IMG/VR virus record: IMGVR_UViG_3300047557_001530
Coordinates: 64,001 to 128,000 of that record
Reading direction: 5' to 3' (one strand)
Source: a virus
Length of the DNA stretch: 64,000 bases
Shown here piece after piece: positions 1 to 10,745 of the stretch (its first letter is position 1; every line of letters begins with the position of its first letter). The notes beneath the pieces are model-generated. The model was not told the origin of the DNA. It ran no database searches and saw nothing but the letters and a program-made list of their open reading frames with translations. The translations under genes were made by a program, and so were the position numbers.

Positions 1-1
1 T

Positions 2-526
2 AGAGACGAACTTAAATTTGCTAAGTTTATTGGTCGTCTCCGCAAGAGATTTAGCGAATTATTCCATGATATTCTCAAGACTCAATTAATTCTCAAAGGT
101 ATTATTACCCCAGAAGATTGGGAGGATATGGAAGAGCATATTCAATATGACTTCCTATTTGATAATCACTTTAATGAGTTAAAGCAAGTTGAGCTTATGA
201 AGGAGCGTATCCAACTTATTACTCAAATGGATCCGTTTGTTGGTAAATATTTCTCCACAGAATATCTTCGTCGCCAAATTCTTATGCAAACTGAAAAAGA
301 ATTTAAAGAAATGGATCGTCAGATGAAAAAAGATATTAAATCTGGGGTTGCAATTTCTGCATCTGATTCAATGGCATTGGATACTATGGCAAGACAAAAT
401 GATGCATTTGCCCCAGAAATTCAGGATGCTCAAGCAGATGCTGATGCTCAAAGATCTCTAGAAGCAGAAAAAGAGAAGGCAAAACTTGCTCCAAAACCTT
501 CTTCAAATAGTGGTTCTACTAAATAA
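2..526 (+). CDS. g20: Portal vertex protein gp20, C-terminal part (5' truncated by window)
   Basis: Frame open from base 2 (RDELKFAKFIGRLRKRFSEL..., DFLFDNHFNELK), typical T4-like portal C-terminus; upstream of g21-g23. Confidence 0.93.
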   Translation, partial: RDELKFAKFIGRLRKRFSELFHDILKTQLILKGIITPEDWEDMEEHIQYDFLFDNHFNELKQVELMKERIQLITQMDPFVGKYFSTEYLRRQILMQTEKEFKEMDRQMKKDIKSGVAISASDSMALDTMARQNDAFAPEIQDAQADADAQRSLEAEKEKAKLAPKPSSNSGSTK

Positions 527-550
527 GATTATAAATTAGGTTATATTTAT

Positions 551-727
551 ATGTCTAATACTTTGAATATTGTAAGTGCAATTGCCGATAAAAACAAATC
601 GGATGCTTTGGATATGGTTCATGATTTGATGAAAACATCTGCAGCAGAAGCTTTGGGTATGTACAAAAAATCCGTTGCTTCTACTTATTTTGATGAACCA
701 GTAGAACCACTAGAGACAGAAGAATGA
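551..727 (+). CDS. Small prohead-core-like protein (58 aa, gp67/68 position)
   Basis: Manually read ORF MSNTLNIVSAIADKNKSDALDMVHDLMK...EE between g20 and g21; stop overlaps g21 ATG. Confidence 0.65.
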   Translation: MSNTLNIVSAIADKNKSDALDMVHDLMKTSAAEALGMYKKSVASTYFDEPVEPLETEE

Positions 728-1368
728 AACTCATCACAGAAAATATCGAGGACATTAATGTTCTTGTAGAAGAAACCGCTGGGAAAAAGCACCTATACAT
801 TGAGGGTATTTTTCTTCAATCAGAAATTAAAAATAGAAACGGTAGAGTATATCCATTTGATGTACTAAATCGTGAAGTTCAAAGATATAACGAAAGTTAT
901 GTTAAGTCTGGTCGTGCTCTAGGAGAACTAGGACACCCAGATGGACCTACTGTGAATCTCGATAGAGTATCACATAGAATTATCGAACTTCGTTCTGAAG
1001 GAACTAACTTCTACGGAAAGGCTAGAATTCTTGATACCCCAATGGGACAAATTGCAAAGTCTCTTCTTGATGAAGGAGTAAAGCTAGGAGTTTCCTCTAG
1101 AGGCATGGGTTCTCTTGAAGAGCGTAACGGTGCGAATTATGTTCGTGACGATTTTATGCTAGCAACTGCTGCTGACATTGTAGCAGATCCATCAGCTCCT
1201 GATGCATTTGTTAACGGAATCATGGAAGGCAAGGAATGGGTATGGGACGGAGGAATTCTCCGTGAACAACAAGTTGCTAAATATCATAGATATATTTCTG
1301 AATCTACCAGAAAAAATCTTGAAGAAAGGAAGCTCAAAGCTTTTGAGCATTTCCTGTCAAATCTATAA
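724..1368 (+). CDS. g21: Prohead protease gp21
   Basis: MKLITE start, NRNGRVYP, ALGELGHP, GVSSRGMGS, DIVADPSAPDAFV motifs. Confidence 0.97.
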   Translation: MKLITENIEDINVLVEETAGKKHLYIEGIFLQSEIKNRNGRVYPFDVLNREVQRYNESYVKSGRALGELGHPDGPTVNLDRVSHRIIELRSEGTNFYGKARILDTPMGQIAKSLLDEGVKLGVSSRGMGSLEERNGANYVRDDFMLATAADIVADPSAPDAFVNGIMEGKEWVWDGGILREQQVAKYHRYISESTRKNLEERKLKAFEHFLSNL

Positions 1369-1416
1369 TTTGATAAATAATCTTAGAATAATTGTTAGAA
1401 ATACGAGGAAACTCAA

Positions 1417-2571
1417 ATGTCAGATATGTTAAACGAAAGATTTGAGGAGCTTGTAAAAGAACAAAATATTGTTCTTGAAGCAGGTGATCCAATGCCTACC
1501 GTTTCTGCTTCCGTAATTCCTGGTACAGGTAAGGAGCCTTCACAAATTTCCGATGTTCAAACCGCTAAGGCTGGTGGTAAGGATCCACAACCTTCTGTTC
1601 CTCCTACGGTTGCTATCGGTCAGAAAGCTGCTACTGATCTAGGTGGTACTACAACCACTCCTCATGAACATGATGAGGATGGCGAAGAGAATCCTGGTGC
1701 TAAGGCGGCGGCTCCTATTTCTCAAATTTCGGGTGATGCACAACAGGCACATCAAAAAAGCCCTGGAGATATGGCTGCAACTCCTACTGTAGGAACACAA
1801 GTTGCATACGGAACCACAACTGGTCCAAACGTAACTTATCCAATCAAGCCTTCTTTTGAAGAGCTTGATCTTTCTTCTGATGTTGCTGCATTGACTGAAG
1901 GAGAAGAGCTTTCAGAATCATATAAAGAGAAAGCAAAAACAATTTTTGAAGCTGCTGTAAAAGCTAAGCTTAACGAAGAGTACGCTAAGCTTGAAGAGCA
2001 CTTTGAAGCAAAACTTGCTGAGCAAGTTGAAGCTGTTAAAGCTGAACTTGCTGAAGAAGTCATGGGCACTGTTAACTATGGTATTGCCCAATGGATTGAA
2101 GAAAATCAAGTCGCTATTGATCGTGGCATCCGTAACGAAATCACCGAAGATTTCATTGCTGGTTTCATGAATCTCTGTAAAGAGCATTGGATCAACATCC
2201 CAGAGGATAAGACCGATGTTGTAGAAGAAATGGCTGACGAGCTTCGTGAGATGGAAGAACGCCTCAACGAACAAATTGAGCGTAATGTGGAATTAAATAA
2301 TCGTCTTGCTGAGTCGAGCAAAGTCGTAATTCTAAACCAAGTTTCAGAAGGACTTGCTGATACTCAAAAAGAAAAACTCGCTTCACTATCTGAAGGTGTT
2401 ACTTTTGATAACGCAGATCAATTTACTCAAGCAGTAAAAACTCTACGTAAGTCATATTTCCCAGAAGCAGTAACCAAATCAGAAGTAGGTGATGACGCTC
2501 CAGTAGCACTAAGCGAAGATGTATCGCCAACTATGGCTGCATACCTCCAAGCTCTTTCACGCTGGAAATAA
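1417..2571 (+). CDS. g22: Prohead scaffold/core protein gp22
   Basis: Acidic coiled-coil, KAKTIFEAAV motif, between g21 and g23. Confidence 0.92.
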   Translation: MSDMLNERFEELVKEQNIVLEAGDPMPTVSASVIPGTGKEPSQISDVQTAKAGGKDPQPSVPPTVAIGQKAATDLGGTTTTPHEHDEDGEENPGAKAAAPISQISGDAQQAHQKSPGDMAATPTVGTQVAYGTTTGPNVTYPIKPSFEELDLSSDVAALTEGEELSESYKEKAKTIFEAAVKAKLNEEYAKLEEHFEAKLAEQVEAVKAELAEEVMGTVNYGIAQWIEENQVAIDRGIRNEITEDFIAGFMNLCKEHWINIPEDKTDVVEEMADELREMEERLNEQIERNVELNNRLAESSKVVILNQVSEGLADTQKEKLASLSEGVTFDNADQFTQAVKTLRKSYFPEAVTKSEVGDDAPVALSEDVSPTMAAYLQALSRWK

Positions 2572-2577
2572 TTAAAT

Positions 2578-2585
2578 CATAAATA
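2578..2585 (+). promoter_or_regulatory. T4-type late promoter (NATAAATA) for g23; same box at 1372, 4121, 26476, 33602, 37632, 40895, 57625, 58359, 63697
   Basis: CATAAATA ~40 nt upstream of the g23 ATG; box recurs before structural genes; gp55 and gp33 are encoded in the window. Confidence 0.75.
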
Positions 2586-2621
2586 TTATCAAACGACAAT
2601 AATACGTTTTAAGAGGTAAAA

Positions 2622-4070
2622 ATGTTCAACGCTTCCCATCTTACAGAAAAGTGGGCACCTGTTTTAAATGCTGCTGAAGCTCCTGCTATCACAGATAAGC
2701 ACAAACAGGCTGTAACCGCTGTAATCCTAGAAAACCAAGAGCGTGCTCTCCGTGAGGACAGAATGCTCACCGAGGCTCCCAACACTGTTGGTGCTATCGG
2801 TCCTAACGCACTTTCAGGTTCAGGTCTTGACACCAAAACTGGTGGTCTAGCTGGTTTCGATCCTATCATGATCAGCCTAGTCCGTCGTGCCATGCCTAAC
2901 CTAATGGCTTATGACATCTGTGGCGTTCAGCCAATGAGCGGTCCTACAGGTCTCATCTTCGCCATGAAGGCTCACTATCAGCATCGTGGTGCTGCTGGTC
3001 TACGTAAAGGACGTGAAGCTCTCTTCAACGAGCCTGATGTAAACTTCTCAGCTAACACCCAGGGTCCTGATGCTTCAACTGGTTACAACGATCCAGTTGT
3101 ACCTATCGGTGTTGCTAACGATCCTTCCTACGCTGAATCCAACCCTGGTCTTCTTAATGATGACGGTTCGGGTGCTGGTACTTACGAGCGTGGCGTTCGT
3201 CCTATCGCCCGTGAGACCGCTGAAGTTCTTGGATCAGGTTCAACCCTATTCAACGAAATGAGCTTCAGCATCGAGAAGACTGCTGTAACCGCCAGAACCA
3301 GAGCACTACGTTCGGAGTACACTCTAGAGCTAGCTCAGGATCTTAAGGCTGTTCACGGTCTTGACGCTGAGCAAGAGCTTGCCAACATTCTCTCAAGCGA
3401 GATTCTCGCTGAGATCAACCGTGAAGTCGTTCGTACTGTATACACCATCGCTAAGCCTGGTGCTCAGAACAACGTTGCTACCGCTGGTGTATTCGACCTT
3501 GACGTTGATTCAAACGGTCGTTGGTCTGTTGAGAAGTTCAAGGGTCTTCTATTCCAGGTTGAGCGTGATGCCAACGCTATCGCTCAGGAAACTCGTCGTG
3601 GAAAGGGCAACTTCCTCATCTGCTCGGCTGACGTAGCTTCAGCTCTAGCGATGGCTGGTGTTCTTGACTATAGCTCGGGTCTAACTGGTGCTGGTGGTCC
3701 TTCCATCGGTCAGGTTGATGACACTGGCAACCTCATGGTTGGCACCATCAACGGTCGTATCAAGGTCTTCGTTGATCCTTATTCGGCTAACGTATCTAGC
3801 GATCATTACTATGTCATGGGTTATAAGGGAACCAATCCTTATGATGCTGGTCTCTTCTATTGCCCATACGTTCCTCTCCAGATGCTACGTTCGATTGATC
3901 CTAACACCTTCCAGCCTAAGATTGGCTTCAAAACCCGTTACGGCATGGTTGCTAACCCATTCGTATTCAACGGTGTTGATGCTGACGGTGTACCTATTCC
4001 TGATGCCGAAGCTCTTACTGCTTCCAAGAATATGTACTACAGACGTGTTCGTATCAAGAACCTCATGTGA
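2622..4070 (+). CDS. g23: Major capsid protein gp23
   Basis: LVRRAMPNLMAYDICGVQPMSGPTGLIFAM, YTLELAQDLKAVHGLDAE, FQPKIGFKTRYG motifs. Confidence 0.99.
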   Translation: MFNASHLTEKWAPVLNAAEAPAITDKHKQAVTAVILENQERALREDRMLTEAPNTVGAIGPNALSGSGLDTKTGGLAGFDPIMISLVRRAMPNLMAYDICGVQPMSGPTGLIFAMKAHYQHRGAAGLRKGREALFNEPDVNFSANTQGPDASTGYNDPVVPIGVANDPSYAESNPGLLNDDGSGAGTYERGVRPIARETAEVLGSGSTLFNEMSFSIEKTAVTARTRALRSEYTLELAQDLKAVHGLDAEQELANILSSEILAEINREVVRTVYTIAKPGAQNNVATAGVFDLDVDSNGRWSVEKFKGLLFQVERDANAIAQETRRGKGNFLICSADVASALAMAGVLDYSSGLTGAGGPSIGQVDDTGNLMVGTINGRIKVFVDPYSANVSSDHYYVMGYKGTNPYDAGLFYCPYVPLQMLRSIDPNTFQPKIGFKTRYGMVANPFVFNGVDADGVPIPDAEALTASKNMYYRRVRIKNLM

Positions 4071-4088
4071 GTCTTTCTTACAAATTTC

Positions 4089-4115
4089 AAGAGTCCCTTC
4101 GGGGGCTCTTTTTTT
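4089..4115 (+). terminator. Intrinsic terminator after g23
   Basis: AAGAGTCCC-TTCG-GGGGCTCTT + T tract. Confidence 0.9.
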
Positions 4116-4150
4116 ATGCAAATAAATATATTATAGCTTGGGAAGTTGAC

Positions 4151-4663
4151 ATGACTGCTGAATGGTATAAAGAGCAACCTAGAAATAGGAATTTTCTTGC
4201 TCCAGTAGGTTTTCAAATGAAACTAGAATTATTTGAAGGAGTAGATTTTTTCTGCCAACAGGCTAATCTACCTGGAATTTCTATGCCAGTTACAGAAGTT
4301 CCAACTCCATTTAGATCTTTCCCCATTGTTCCTGGTGGTGGAGTTTCATACGATGATTTGCAATTAACTTTTATTGTTGATGAAGATTTAAAAAATTATT
4401 ATTCTATTCATGAATGGATTAGAAAAAACGCCAATAGTGATCAAATAGAATCAGGTCCAGTAGAATATTCTAACGGTCAATTAATGATTATAACTTCTAA
4501 TTTTAATCCATCTTTTTTTATTGATTATAGAAATATTTTTCCAATTAACTTATCTTCAATAGATTTTGATGCTACTGTAGATGACATAGAATTTTTTACA
4601 GCTACTGCCACATTTAAATTCCAAAATTATTTTATTCGTGATAAAAATTTTAAGTTACTATGA
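4151..4663 (+). CDS. g3: Tail completion/sheath stabiliser gp3
   Basis: NRNFLAPVGF, FFCQQANLPGI, FIVDEDLKNY; start placed at ATG 4151 after the late promoter. Confidence 0.88.
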   Translation: MTAEWYKEQPRNRNFLAPVGFQMKLELFEGVDFFCQQANLPGISMPVTEVPTPFRSFPIVPGGGVSYDDLQLTFIVDEDLKNYYSIHEWIRKNANSDQIESGPVEYSNGQLMIITSNFNPSFFIDYRNIFPINLSSIDFDATVDDIEFFTATATFKFQNYFIRDKNFKLL

Positions 4664-5136
4664 AATTTGAAAACATCGTTAAATTATTTGAAACAATTAA
4701 AGAAGAATGGAAAGAAGACAGTCATGTTGATTTCCAATTTAAAAACAAACAGTATACAGAAGATCTCGGTAAGTTAGCATTAGAGATCCCTTTTCAGCAC
4801 AATAAATACTTAAACTACTACACAGATCTTAGTCAAGTTAAAACTTCTTTAGAGTTTGAATGCAGGCGTGTAGTAAAAGAAAAAAGAGAATATTATTCTG
4901 GCGAAGCAGACGCCAAGGTATACGCCGAGAAACCTTTCGGTGCAAGTATTAAAACAGCAGAAAAGATGAAGACTTATCTGGAATCAGATGAGGATATCAT
5001 CAATATAGAAGCAAAAATTAAATACGTTGAACAGGCACTTTACTTCCTGGACAGTGTAATGAAAATGATTTCCAATCGTGGATTTCAAATCAAATCGGCT
5101 ATTGACTGGGAAAAGTTTATTAATGGTACTACTTAA
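4660..5136 (+). CDS. uvsY: Recombination mediator UvsY
   Basis: YYSGEA..VYAEKPF, ISNRGFQIKSAIDWEKF; upstream of uvsW. Confidence 0.9.
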   Translation: MKFENIVKLFETIKEEWKEDSHVDFQFKNKQYTEDLGKLALEIPFQHNKYLNYYTDLSQVKTSLEFECRRVVKEKREYYSGEADAKVYAEKPFGASIKTAEKMKTYLESDEDIINIEAKIKYVEQALYFLDSVMKMISNRGFQIKSAIDWEKFINGTT

Positions 5137-6599
5137 TGACACGAATCATTGTTAAGAAAAAGAACGAAGTATTTTTACAGATCCAAGCAGAACCATACGT
5201 TCATCAAGAATTATCTGATTACTTCACCTTTGAAGTTCCTGAAGCAAAGTTCCTAAAAAGAAATCCAAAGTATAGATATTGGGATGGTACTATTCGTTTA
5301 TACTCTCCTGGCACAGGAGAAATCTATGTTGGTCTATATCAACAGTTTCTTCTATGGGCTAAAGAAAGAGGATACTCCATTGAATCAGTTAAGAATGATT
5401 GGTATGGAGAAGCTAGTGATACCAACTCAATGGTATCTCCTGAAGGTGTAAAAACTTTCATGGATAAAATCTCTAGTATCAAAGCTAGAGACTATCAATA
5501 TTACACTGTTTATCTTGCTCTTAAATATAACAGAGGATTATTCTTGTCTCCTACTGGATCAGGTAAGTCCTTAATGATTTATTCTCTTGTTAGATATTAT
5601 CACGCTACAGATAAAAAAATTCTCATCATTGTTCCTACTACATCTCTGGTAGAACAGATGGTAAAAGACTTCACCGACTATGGATGGAATGCTGAAGAAC
5701 ATATTCACAAAATTTATTCAGGTCAAGAAAAGAATTCTGACAAACCTATTATCATTTCTACATGGCAGTCCATTTACAAATTTCCTAAAAGATATTTTGA
5801 TGACATTGATTGTGTAATTGGAGACGAGGCACATCTATTCAAATCAAAATCTCTCACAGGTATTATGGAGAAGCTTCATAATGCCAAGTATCGTTTTGGT
5901 TTTACAGGAACACTTGATGGAACCAAAACACACAAGTGGGTTCTAGAAGGTTTGTTTGGACATTGTGAAAAAGTTACGAAGACTGATGATCTAATTAAAA
6001 AAGGACATCTATCTAATCTTCGCATTAAAATTCTTGTGTGCAAACATGAGTATCAATACTTTGAAGATTATCATCAAGAGATGGATTATCTTGTTACAAA
6101 CAAGAAAAGAAATAACTTAATTAAAAATCTTGTAAACGATCTTGATGGCAACACATTAGTTCTTTTCAATTACGTAGAGAAGCATGGGGAGCCTTTATAC
6201 GAACTCATAAATAGTACAGTTGGTGACAACCGTAAAGTATTTTTTGTTCATGGATCGATTGATACTGAAGATAGAGAAGAAGTAAGAAAAATTACTGAAC
6301 AAGAAAGTAATGCTATTATTATTGCTTCCTACGGAACGTTTAGCACTGGTATTAATATTAAACGTCTTCATAATATTATATTTGCTTCGCCATCTAAATC
6401 TCGTATCAGAAATCTCCAAAGTATTGGAAGAGTACTTAGAAAAGGAGAAGGAAAAGAAATAGCTACTCTTTATGATATTGCTGATGATATCTCAAGTAAA
6501 ACAAGACAAAATTATACTCTAAGACACCTTCAAGAAAGAATTAAAATTTATCAAGAAGAAAATTTTAAATACGAAGTTATCAAGGTAAATCTAAAATGA
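5136..6599 (+). CDS. uvsW: SF2 helicase UvsW
   Basis: SPTGSGKS Walker A, DEAH, GFTGT, LQSIGRVLR. Confidence 0.96.
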   Translation: MTRIIVKKKNEVFLQIQAEPYVHQELSDYFTFEVPEAKFLKRNPKYRYWDGTIRLYSPGTGEIYVGLYQQFLLWAKERGYSIESVKNDWYGEASDTNSMVSPEGVKTFMDKISSIKARDYQYYTVYLALKYNRGLFLSPTGSGKSLMIYSLVRYYHATDKKILIIVPTTSLVEQMVKDFTDYGWNAEEHIHKIYSGQEKNSDKPIIISTWQSIYKFPKRYFDDIDCVIGDEAHLFKSKSLTGIMEKLHNAKYRFGFTGTLDGTKTHKWVLEGLFGHCEKVTKTDDLIKKGHLSNLRIKILVCKHEYQYFEDYHQEMDYLVTNKKRNNLIKNLVNDLDGNTLVLFNYVEKHGEPLYELINSTVGDNRKVFFVHGSIDTEDREEVRKITEQESNAIIIASYGTFSTGINIKRLHNIIFASPSKSRIRNLQSIGRVLRKGEGKEIATLYDIADDISSKTRQNYTLRHLQERIKIYQEENFKYEVIKVNLK

Positions 6600-7003
6600 T
6601 GGAAGAAGAATTCTTCTCTACATTAAAATTAACATCTGGTGAAGAAATTATAGCTAAAGTATGTTACTTACCAGATGAAGATTCTTTATTAGTAGAGAAC
6701 CCTAAATTAGTTGAAAAATTAATACAAAAAAGAAATGGTAAATCTATTCAAGGTTTTGTATTAAAAGATTGGATACATTCCACTTATGATTCTTTGTTCG
6801 TTATTAAAATGGAACAGGTAATCACTATGACAGAACTAGATAAGAAGATAGAATCATTTTACTTAAGTAATTTAAATGATACTGATGATTCTAGTGAAGA
6901 TGGTATTGATATTAAACCTAATAAATTTAGTAAACAAATGGGTTACTTAGGATCAGTTAAGGAAACTAAAAGGTTTCTTGAAGAAATCTATAAAAAATCC
7001 TAA
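6596..7003 (+). CDS. Conserved cyanophage hypothetical protein (Sm-like N-terminus)
   Basis: LKLTSGEEIIAKV start; usual position between uvsW and g55. Confidence 0.7.
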   Translation: MMEEEFFSTLKLTSGEEIIAKVCYLPDEDSLLVENPKLVEKLIQKRNGKSIQGFVLKDWIHSTYDSLFVIKMEQVITMTELDKKIESFYLSNLNDTDDSSEDGIDIKPNKFSKQMGYLGSVKETKRFLEEIYKKS

Positions 7004-7156
7004 AGAACTTAAAGACTCTAAAGTATTAGATATATTATTCATGAACCCTGGACAGAGTTATTCTACTGGGTTTCTGAGGTTTTGTCAACCCCCCTTGACA
7101 AACCCATGATAATGGTCTATACTGATACCATAACAATTTGGATAGAGACATGCATC

Positions 7157-7648
7157 ATGGCAAAAAAGAAAACAGAAAATTACGTCAATAACAAAGAATT
7201 CCTAGAGGCTATTAGCGTTTACAGGAAGAAAGTTCTTGAAGCAAAAGAGAAAGGTCTGCCTAAGCCTCGGGTTCCGAATTATATTGGCGACTGTTTTCTT
7301 AAAATTGCTACGCACTTATCCTATAAACCAAACTTTGTAAACTATATGTTCCGTGATGAGATGATCTCAGACGGGATTGAAAATTGTTTACAATATATTC
7401 ACAACTTCGATCCAGAAAAATCAAGTAATCCCTTTGCCTATTTTACTCAGGTAATTTACTTTGCCTTCCTTCGTAGAATCGCCAAAGAGAAAAAGCAACT
7501 GGAAATCAAAACTAAGATCCTTGAGCGTAGTGGATACGATCATGTGATGTATACTGAAAGTTTTGAAGGAGATATGGCAGGACTTAATCAAAGCTATTCT
7601 GATATGTCTGGCATTAAAGAAAACCTTGAGATTAAAAATAAGCGATGA
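7157..7648 (+). CDS. g55: Late-transcription sigma factor gp55
   Basis: YVNNKEFLEA, KPNFVNYMFRDEMISDGIENC, NPFAYFTQVIYFAFLRRI; TTGACA box upstream. Confidence 0.96.
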   Translation: MAKKKTENYVNNKEFLEAISVYRKKVLEAKEKGLPKPRVPNYIGDCFLKIATHLSYKPNFVNYMFRDEMISDGIENCLQYIHNFDPEKSSNPFAYFTQVIYFAFLRRIAKEKKQLEIKTKILERSGYDHVMYTESFEGDMAGLNQSYSDMSGIKENLEIKNKR

Positions 7649-8694
7649 CAGTAGCTCTTATTACCGATCAGCATTTGGATGGTCGTAAAGGTAGTGTGAT
7701 TTTCTGGGAATACTTTTTGGAATTTTATAATGAAGTATTTTTTCCAACTCTTCAAAAGAAAGGAGTATCAACCATCATCGACCTTGGAGATACGTTCGAT
7801 AATCGCAAGGGCATTGATTTTAATGTTTGGACTCGTATTCGCCGTCATTACTTTGACCGTATCCGTGAGCTTGGCATTACTCTTCATATGATTACTGGAA
7901 ATCATGATGTGTATTATAAAAACACAAATGATATAAACTCTCCAGAGCTTCTCCTTTCTGATTATGACAACATCATTGTCTACTCTAAACCAACTACGGT
8001 AAACATCGAAGGTACAGATATCTGTATGCTTCCCTGGATCAACTCAGAAAATGAAGCAGAGGTTCATCAACATCTCAAACAAACTTCTGCTAAAATTGTG
8101 ATGGGACATCTTGAACTGAATGGGTTTGAGGTTTCTCCTGGTCTTGTTCATGAAGGTGGCATGGACCCAGATGTATTCATTAAATTTAAACAAGTGTTTT
8201 CTGGACACTTCCATCACAAGTCAAGAAAAGGAAATGTAACTTATCTTGGCAACCCATACCAGATGTTCTGGAATGATTACAAAGACCCTAGAGGATTCCA
8301 TCTTTATGAACCGTCATCCAATAAGTTACAATTCATCAAGAACCCATACGAAATTTTCCAAAAGATTTATTATGATGATGCTGATCCTAATTTCAGCGTC
8401 AATCCCAACGACTATGCAAATACTTTTGTCAAGGTTATCGTAGAAAATAAAACAGATTATTTTAGATTTGAAAAAACTATTGAAGCATTATTTGATGTTG
8501 GTGTTCATGATTTAAAAGTTGTTGAAACTTTAGTTGAAAAAGATACAGTTAAACATGTTGACTCAGAACTTGAAGCTAAGGATACTCTTTCACTTCTCAA
8601 TGAATATATTGATGATGTAGAAATTTCCGTAAATAAAAATCAACTCAAAAATATTATGAAAACACTATATATTGAAAGTTGTGAAGTAGTATGA
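7645..8694 (+). CDS. g47: Recombination endonuclease gp47 (Mre11/SbcD-like)
   Basis: TDQH, DLGDTFD, GNHD, SGHFH metallophosphoesterase motifs. Confidence 0.96.
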   Translation: MTVALITDQHLDGRKGSVIFWEYFLEFYNEVFFPTLQKKGVSTIIDLGDTFDNRKGIDFNVWTRIRRHYFDRIRELGITLHMITGNHDVYYKNTNDINSPELLLSDYDNIIVYSKPTTVNIEGTDICMLPWINSENEAEVHQHLKQTSAKIVMGHLELNGFEVSPGLVHEGGMDPDVFIKFKQVFSGHFHHKSRKGNVTYLGNPYQMFWNDYKDPRGFHLYEPSSNKLQFIKNPYEIFQKIYYDDADPNFSVNPNDYANTFVKVIVENKTDYFRFEKTIEALFDVGVHDLKVVETLVEKDTVKHVDSELEAKDTLSLLNEYIDDVEISVNKNQLKNIMKTLYIESCEVV

Positions 8695-8960
8695 TGTTTA
8701 TTCTCACGCTTAAGGACAAACCAGAAGGAGTGTTCTCCGTTATTGATGATATCAATGGAGATCAAATCATCCCGATCTTTGAGTGTGAGGATGATGCTGA
8801 GAGATACCAAGAACAACTTGAATTTCAAACTCAACGATATAAACTTCAGGTTCTTGAAATACCAGAAGAAGTAATTATTAAAGCTTGTCGAGAGCGTGAT
8901 CAAAAATATGCTATAATTACCGAAGATGATTTTATTGTTCCCCCAAATGAATTAGTATGA
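8691..8960 (+). CDS. Conserved hypothetical protein
   Basis: ORF translationally coupled between g47 and g46. Confidence 0.7.
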   Translation: MMFILTLKDKPEGVFSVIDDINGDQIIPIFECEDDAERYQEQLEFQTQRYKLQVLEIPEEVIIKACRERDQKYAIITEDDFIVPPNELV

Positions 8961-10696
8961 TTATTTTTAAAAAATTGAAATGGAAAAATTTTCTTTCCAC
9001 AGGTAATAACTTTACAGAATTTAATTTGAATGGATCTAAAACTAATCTTATTGTAGGAACAAATGGTGCTGGCAAGAGCACTATTCTGGATGCCCTCACC
9101 TTCTCTTTGTTTGGTAAGCCATTCAGAAAAATCAACAAACCGATGCTTTTGAACAGCGTTAATGGTTCTGATCTTGTTACTGAGATTGAGTTTGAGTCTG
9201 GTAAAAATCAATTCAAAATCATTCGTGGAATCAAACCAGCAATTTTTGAAGTCTGGCAAAATGGAGTTCTGTTAGATCAATCATCATCTACAGCAGATTA
9301 CCAAAATTATCTTGAGAAAAATATTCTTAAGATGAATTACAAATCATTCACTCAGATTGTAGTGCTTGGTTCTTCTACGTTTGTTCCATTCATGAGATTG
9401 CCTTTGGCATCACGACGGGAAATCATTGAAGACATTCTTGATATTCAGATCTTCTCGGTGATGAATATTAACCTTAAAGAGAAACTTAAATTTGCTAACG
9501 ACGATATTAAAGATCGTGACTATCAAATAGATCTTCTTGAAGAAAAAGTTACGATGCAGAAGAACTTTATCGTTAACCTTGATCTTCAAAATCAAAACGA
9601 CATTCAAGAAAAGAACAATAAGATTGTTCACTTTACAGGTCTTGAGCAAGAAGTTAATGTCAAGCTAGAAAAACTTGATGAACAAAGAAATACTTTAAGC
9701 AAAGAAATTGAAAATTTTGCTACTGCCACAGGCAAACTTAGAAAGCTTGGTAATCTTCGTGGTAAGATTCAGCAGAAGTTTACCACTCACAAAAAAGAAC
9801 ATCAGTTCTTTACAGAGAATACCACTTGCCCAACCTGTACACAGCACATTAGCGAAGACCTTCGGGATGCTAAGGTGTCTGAAATTATGGAATCCATAAA
9901 AGAACTGAAACAGGGTATGGAAGAAATGGAGTTGGCAATTAAACTGGAAGAAGAGCGTGAATTTAAATACACTGAATTAAGTCAACAATTGACTAGTATT
10001 TTTAACGAAATTCAAATTCAACAGTTCCAAATTAGTTCATATCAATCACAGATTCAAGATCTTCAACGAGAAATTTCTGAACTACAGAACAATAACTCCA
10101 ATCGCAACGAAGAAGATTCTAAGCTCCAGGGTTTAGAAAAAGCATTACAGGAAGCTAAAGATCAGATGATCGCTGTTAAAGAAGAACGTGATTGCCTTTT
10201 GGCAGCCAGTCAACTTCTAAAAGATAACGGCATTAAAACTAGAATTATCAAACGTTATCTTCCTGTGATGAACAAACTCATCAATGAGTATCTTCAAAAC
10301 ATGGACTTCTATGTGAACTTTACATTGAATGAAAGTTTTGAAGAAACAATTAAATCACGTTATCGGGACTCGTTTTCTTATGAATCTTTTTCTGAGGGAG
10401 AAAAAGCTCGTATCGATATTGCTCTTCTGCTTACTTGGAGAGCTGTTGCTAAGCTTAAGAGTAGCGTGGATACTAACTTACTAATCCTTGACGAGATCTT
10501 TGACGGTTCGCTTGACCAGTCTGGAACCAGTGAGCTAGGATGGATCCTCAAAAACTTTGACGAGAATACAAATGTGTTTGTTATCTCTCACAAAGAAGGC
10601 ATGGAAGAAAAGTTTGATAAAACATGGAAGTGTGAAAAAATTAAGAACTTCAGCATCGTCCGAGAGACAGTTAATGAAGTGGCACAGGAGGGGTAA
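8957..10696 (+). CDS. g46: Recombination ATPase gp46 (Rad50/SbcC-like)
   Basis: GTNGAGKST, CPTC zinc hook, SFSEGEKARID, LILDEIFD. Confidence 0.97.
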   Translation: MIIFKKLKWKNFLSTGNNFTEFNLNGSKTNLIVGTNGAGKSTILDALTFSLFGKPFRKINKPMLLNSVNGSDLVTEIEFESGKNQFKIIRGIKPAIFEVWQNGVLLDQSSSTADYQNYLEKNILKMNYKSFTQIVVLGSSTFVPFMRLPLASRREIIEDILDIQIFSVMNINLKEKLKFANDDIKDRDYQIDLLEEKVTMQKNFIVNLDLQNQNDIQEKNNKIVHFTGLEQEVNVKLEKLDEQRNTLSKEIENFATATGKLRKLGNLRGKIQQKFTTHKKEHQFFTENTTCPTCTQHISEDLRDAKVSEIMESIKELKQGMEEMELAIKLEEEREFKYTELSQQLTSIFNEIQIQQFQISSYQSQIQDLQREISELQNNNSNRNEEDSKLQGLEKALQEAKDQMIAVKEERDCLLAASQLLKDNGIKTRIIKRYLPVMNKLINEYLQNMDFYVNFTLNESFEETIKSRYRDSFSYESFSEGEKARIDIALLLTWRAVAKLKSSVDTNLLILDEIFDGSLDQSGTSELGWILKNFDENTNVFVISHKEGMEEKFDKTWKCEKIKNFSIVRETVNEVAQEG

Positions 10697-10722
10697 CACC
10701 CTCCTTTTTTATGGGCTATACT
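10668..10722 (+). promoter_or_regulatory. g46 terminator overlapping an early-type promoter (CAGTT-N6-GTGGCAC ... TATACT)
   Basis: Hairpin AGGAGGG-GTAACA-CCCTCCT + T tract, then TATACT at 10717; motif repeated at 12931 and 45450. Confidence 0.6.
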
Positions 10723-10745
10723 GACTTCAGTTCAGAGAAATTCCA